A stretch of DNA of 64,000 bases, taken from an uncultured Armatimonadetes bacterium (lineage in GTDB: Bacteria; Armatimonadota; UBA5829; DTJY01). This document shows positions 61,702 through 64,000 of the stretch, in pieces. A program made the position numbers and the translations under genes. Below the pieces are notes generated by a model. The model ran no database searches. It had not been told where the DNA came from and saw nothing but the letters and a program-made list of their open reading frames with translations. Numbering within the stretch: position 1 is the first letter of the stretch; each line of letters opens with the position of its first letter. Where the stretch lies: positions 4,288,001 to 4,352,000 of the forward strand of contig OY970325.1 in NCBI GenBank assembly GCA_963717145.1, read 5' to 3'.

Positions 61702-61823
61702 GGGCGAGCTTCAACGCCCGCCCGTGTGGTGGCCGTGCTGCCGGCCATGCGTCATTAGGTCCTAATGCGCCCTATAGGCGAGCCCAGAGACATCCAGGGG
61801 AGGCCGTTGAAGGCCTCCCCTAC
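61698..61823. repeat. Degenerate GTAG-type REP doublet
   Basis: GTAGGGGCGAGCTTCAACGCCCGCCC ... GGGAGGCCGTTGAAGGCCTCCCCTAC. Confidence 0.7.
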
Positions 61824-61837
61824 GGCTTTCCACTTGT

Positions 61838-64000
61838 CTATGGCGTCATAGGAAGGATGTACTGCCGGATGTCGCTCGGCATTCGCGGCCAGAGCACCCT
61901 CATATTGTGCTTATTCCCATCGGCGCCCGCGAGCATCACACACCGCATTATCCCCGATACAACGAAGTACTGAGGCAACGGGGGCAGTACCATCGACCCG
62001 CCGATGCCGGTCAGATCGACCCTGATCCCGATCTCTGCACCGTCGTTGATCCCCGAGCCATCATCGATCCAGAAGTAGTGGATGCCCCCGAGTCCCCCGT
62101 CGCGTAACAGTCCGGTTGCCGTAACGTACTGGCCGATCTGGTTCAGTCCGGCGCGCGTGACCGGCGGATCAGCGGTGATATCATTGCACACGCCCGACTG
62201 GCTCCCGAAGGTCTCCCCGCCGTCGTCACGGCCAATGCAGAAGTAAGGCTTCTGAAGGAGCATGTGGCCGGCCGGTCGCACGATGAATGCGTTCACCAGC
62301 AGTTCCTGGTCGTAGGGCGCATCGTTCAGCTTGAGGACGCCATCCACGTCGACGATGTCGCCCTCTCTGATCAGCAAACCGCCGTTCCAGTGAACTCCGA
62401 TCCCGGAACTGCCGTCACGCCACCCGAATGCGGGCGGGTCCTCAACGAAGAAGAGGTTCAGCGCGGGGAATGACGCGGTGACGATCTTGTAGCCCAGGTG
62501 AACCGGATCGAGCGGCCCGAATCGCGACTTGATCTGTCCGACGGTCAGCGTCGTCCGCACGAGCCCGAGGTCGCACCAATCGGTCTCCGCCAGGTCGGCA
62601 TTCCTTGCCTTCACCCTGAAGTGGTACTGCTTGTCCGGATCGAGTTTGAGGAGCGCCCAGGAGTTGGTGGCTGCCCAATCCGTATGCTTGCCCGTCACCA
62701 TCTCCTCGCAGTAGTACTCCGTGCCGCTCGGATTGCCGTTCGCCCCCCAGTTCGCCTGGATTGCCGTCCGCGTCACGGGACCATACGGCATGCTGACCGG
62801 GACCGCCGCGAGCGTCCGTCTGACCGTCTGCGCCCAGGTGGTCTCAGTCGCATCGCCGTTCCGAGCCTTGATCTTGAACGTGTACTGAGTGTTCGGCGTG
62901 AGCGTGACCGTATCGGTCGTTGTCTGTATCCACGCGTTGATCCCGCCTGACGCATCCGGGTCCGCATCGAAGTAGATCCCTGACTGGCCCAGTGTGAGGT
63001 TCGGGAACGTATCAGTCGCGCTCATGTCGGCAGATGTTGCAGTAATACCGGACACGTTGATGCCGGTCGGCGCGGGCATCAGCGTGTACTTGAGCACCTC
63101 CGATGAGTATCCGGTGTAGTTCGGCGGGCTGTAGCTGTCCCTCGCCCTGACCTTGTAGCCGTACTGCGTGTTGGCTGACAGGCCGCTGTCCGCGTAAGGG
63201 GCGCCGGCCTGCTCGACGCTGTTGCCGCCGGGATGCCCGGTCGTCTCGGTGAAGTTGTACCAGACGGGCGGATTCTCCGCATCTGTGGCTGTGCTCGCAG
63301 TCATCTCTATCTGGCCGGTGCCCGTCGCATGAGGCTGCACCGACCACGTCATCGGATTCGGCGTCGGCGGTGTGAAGTCAAGCAGATCATACCAGACGGT
63401 GGTCGGAACACCGGAGTAGTTGTTCTCGTGTTCTATACCGATCCGCCAGTTCGACATGTTGACGTTCGAGTAGTAGGTCACCAGCACGTCGTTGACGTAG
63501 ACGTAGAACATGCCGTTGGTCTTGTCGTATCGGATCTTGTACGTGAGATAGGTCGTCGTCTCGTTCTCGGAGGTCTGGGAGAAGAACCGCACTGCTCCGG
63601 ACGGCGGGGAGACCGGGTAATGGTCATCCCAGTAGGAAGCCCAGTAGGCGGCGCCGTCGTGGCGCTCCCCGTTCCCTGTCGCGGTACAGAGTCCGCTGAT
63701 CTCATAGTACTGAGCCGAGTATCCGATAGCATTGATGCGGACGTAGTTGCTCGTGCTGGGCTCGAACAAGCCGAAGCCTACCTGGCCCTGATTGACGCCA
63801 ACGATGCCCTGCTGCAGCTTGACCTTGATCGAGGCCTCGAAGCTACTGTTCATCGTGTAGTTCGTTGCGGAGCCGTCGGCCCCCCAGGCTGTATCCGAGG
63901 TCGCTCCGCTGCAGAGGAGCAGGCCACCGCTGTTGGAGAATGTGATCGTCGGGTCGGTGTTCCAGTAGTTCAGGCTAAGGTCCGACATGTTGATATCCAC
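61838..64000 (-). CDS. Large surface protein with fibronectin type III repeats and conserved C-terminal ~200-aa domain (5'-truncated)
   Basis: L.ANTQY.YKVRARD, LTPNTQYTFKIKARN, LDPDKQYHFRVKARN. Confidence 0.8.
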   Translation of the reverse strand: MDINMSDLSLNYWNTDPTITFSNSGGLLLCSGATSDTAWGADGSATNYTMNSSFEASIKVKLQQGIVGVNQGQVGFGLFEPSTSNYVRINAIGYSAQYYEISGLCTATGNGERHDGAAYWASYWDDHYPVSPPSGAVRFFSQTSENETTTYLTYKIRYDKTNGMFYVYVNDVLVTYYSNVNMSNWRIGIEHENNYSGVPTTVWYDLLDFTPPTPNPMTWSVQPHATGTGQIEMTASTATDAENPPVWYNFTETTGHPGGNSVEQAGAPYADSGLSANTQYGYKVRARDSYSPPNYTGYSSEVLKYTLMPAPTGINVSGITATSADMSATDTFPNLTLGQSGIYFDADPDASGGINAWIQTTTDTVTLTPNTQYTFKIKARNGDATETTWAQTVRRTLAAVPVSMPYGPVTRTAIQANWGANGNPSGTEYYCEEMVTGKHTDWAATNSWALLKLDPDKQYHFRVKARNADLAETDWCDLGLVRTTLTVGQIKSRFGPLDPVHLGYKIVTASFPALNLFFVEDPPAFGWRDGSSGIGVHWNGGLLIREGDIVDVDGVLKLNDAPYDQELLVNAFIVRPAGHMLLQKPYFCIGRDDGGETFGSQSGVCNDITADPPVTRAGLNQIGQYVTATGLLRDGGLGGIHYFWIDDGSGINDGAEIGIRVDLTGIGGSMVLPPLPQYFVVSGIMRCVMLAGADGNKHNMRVLWPRMPSDIRQYILPMTP

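Overview
GC-rich bacterial chromosomal window. An Armatimonadota origin is inferred, not proven, from the PEP-CTERM protein, the glycan-degradation genes and a recurring ~200-aa surface-protein domain. Ordinary content: a sugar ABC transporter, tRNA-Ser(UGA), many glycoside-hydrolase-like genes (GH3, GH29, GH42-like, GH130, six-hairpin-like), NfeD/SPFH, three tandem esterases, a type IIG/ISP-like restriction-modification gene, BioY, VanW, UDP-glucuronate decarboxylase and three IS elements. One IS66 is nested in the inverted repeat of an IS481. The most unusual layer is non-coding. The window carries many families of small palindromic repeats. One family, with a structurally conserved CTCTCGTTAT-[hairpin]-TACTCGAG unit, brackets a stand-alone GIY-YIG nuclease gene on both sides. 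The same family recurs elsewhere as doublets inside MITE shells with 9-bp target duplications and as a 68-bp tandem array, making it a candidate REP/RAYT-like system that uses a GIY-YIG nuclease. Palindromes of other families sit in-frame inside three or four genes. Also found: a candidate sigma-54-driven three-hairpin sRNA, an unannotated Cys-rich 59-aa ORF, a beta-clamp-like mini-protein coupled to the R-M gene, and a 1.4-kb att-flanked island remnant at the tRNA. All protein calls are by motif recognition only; no searches were run.
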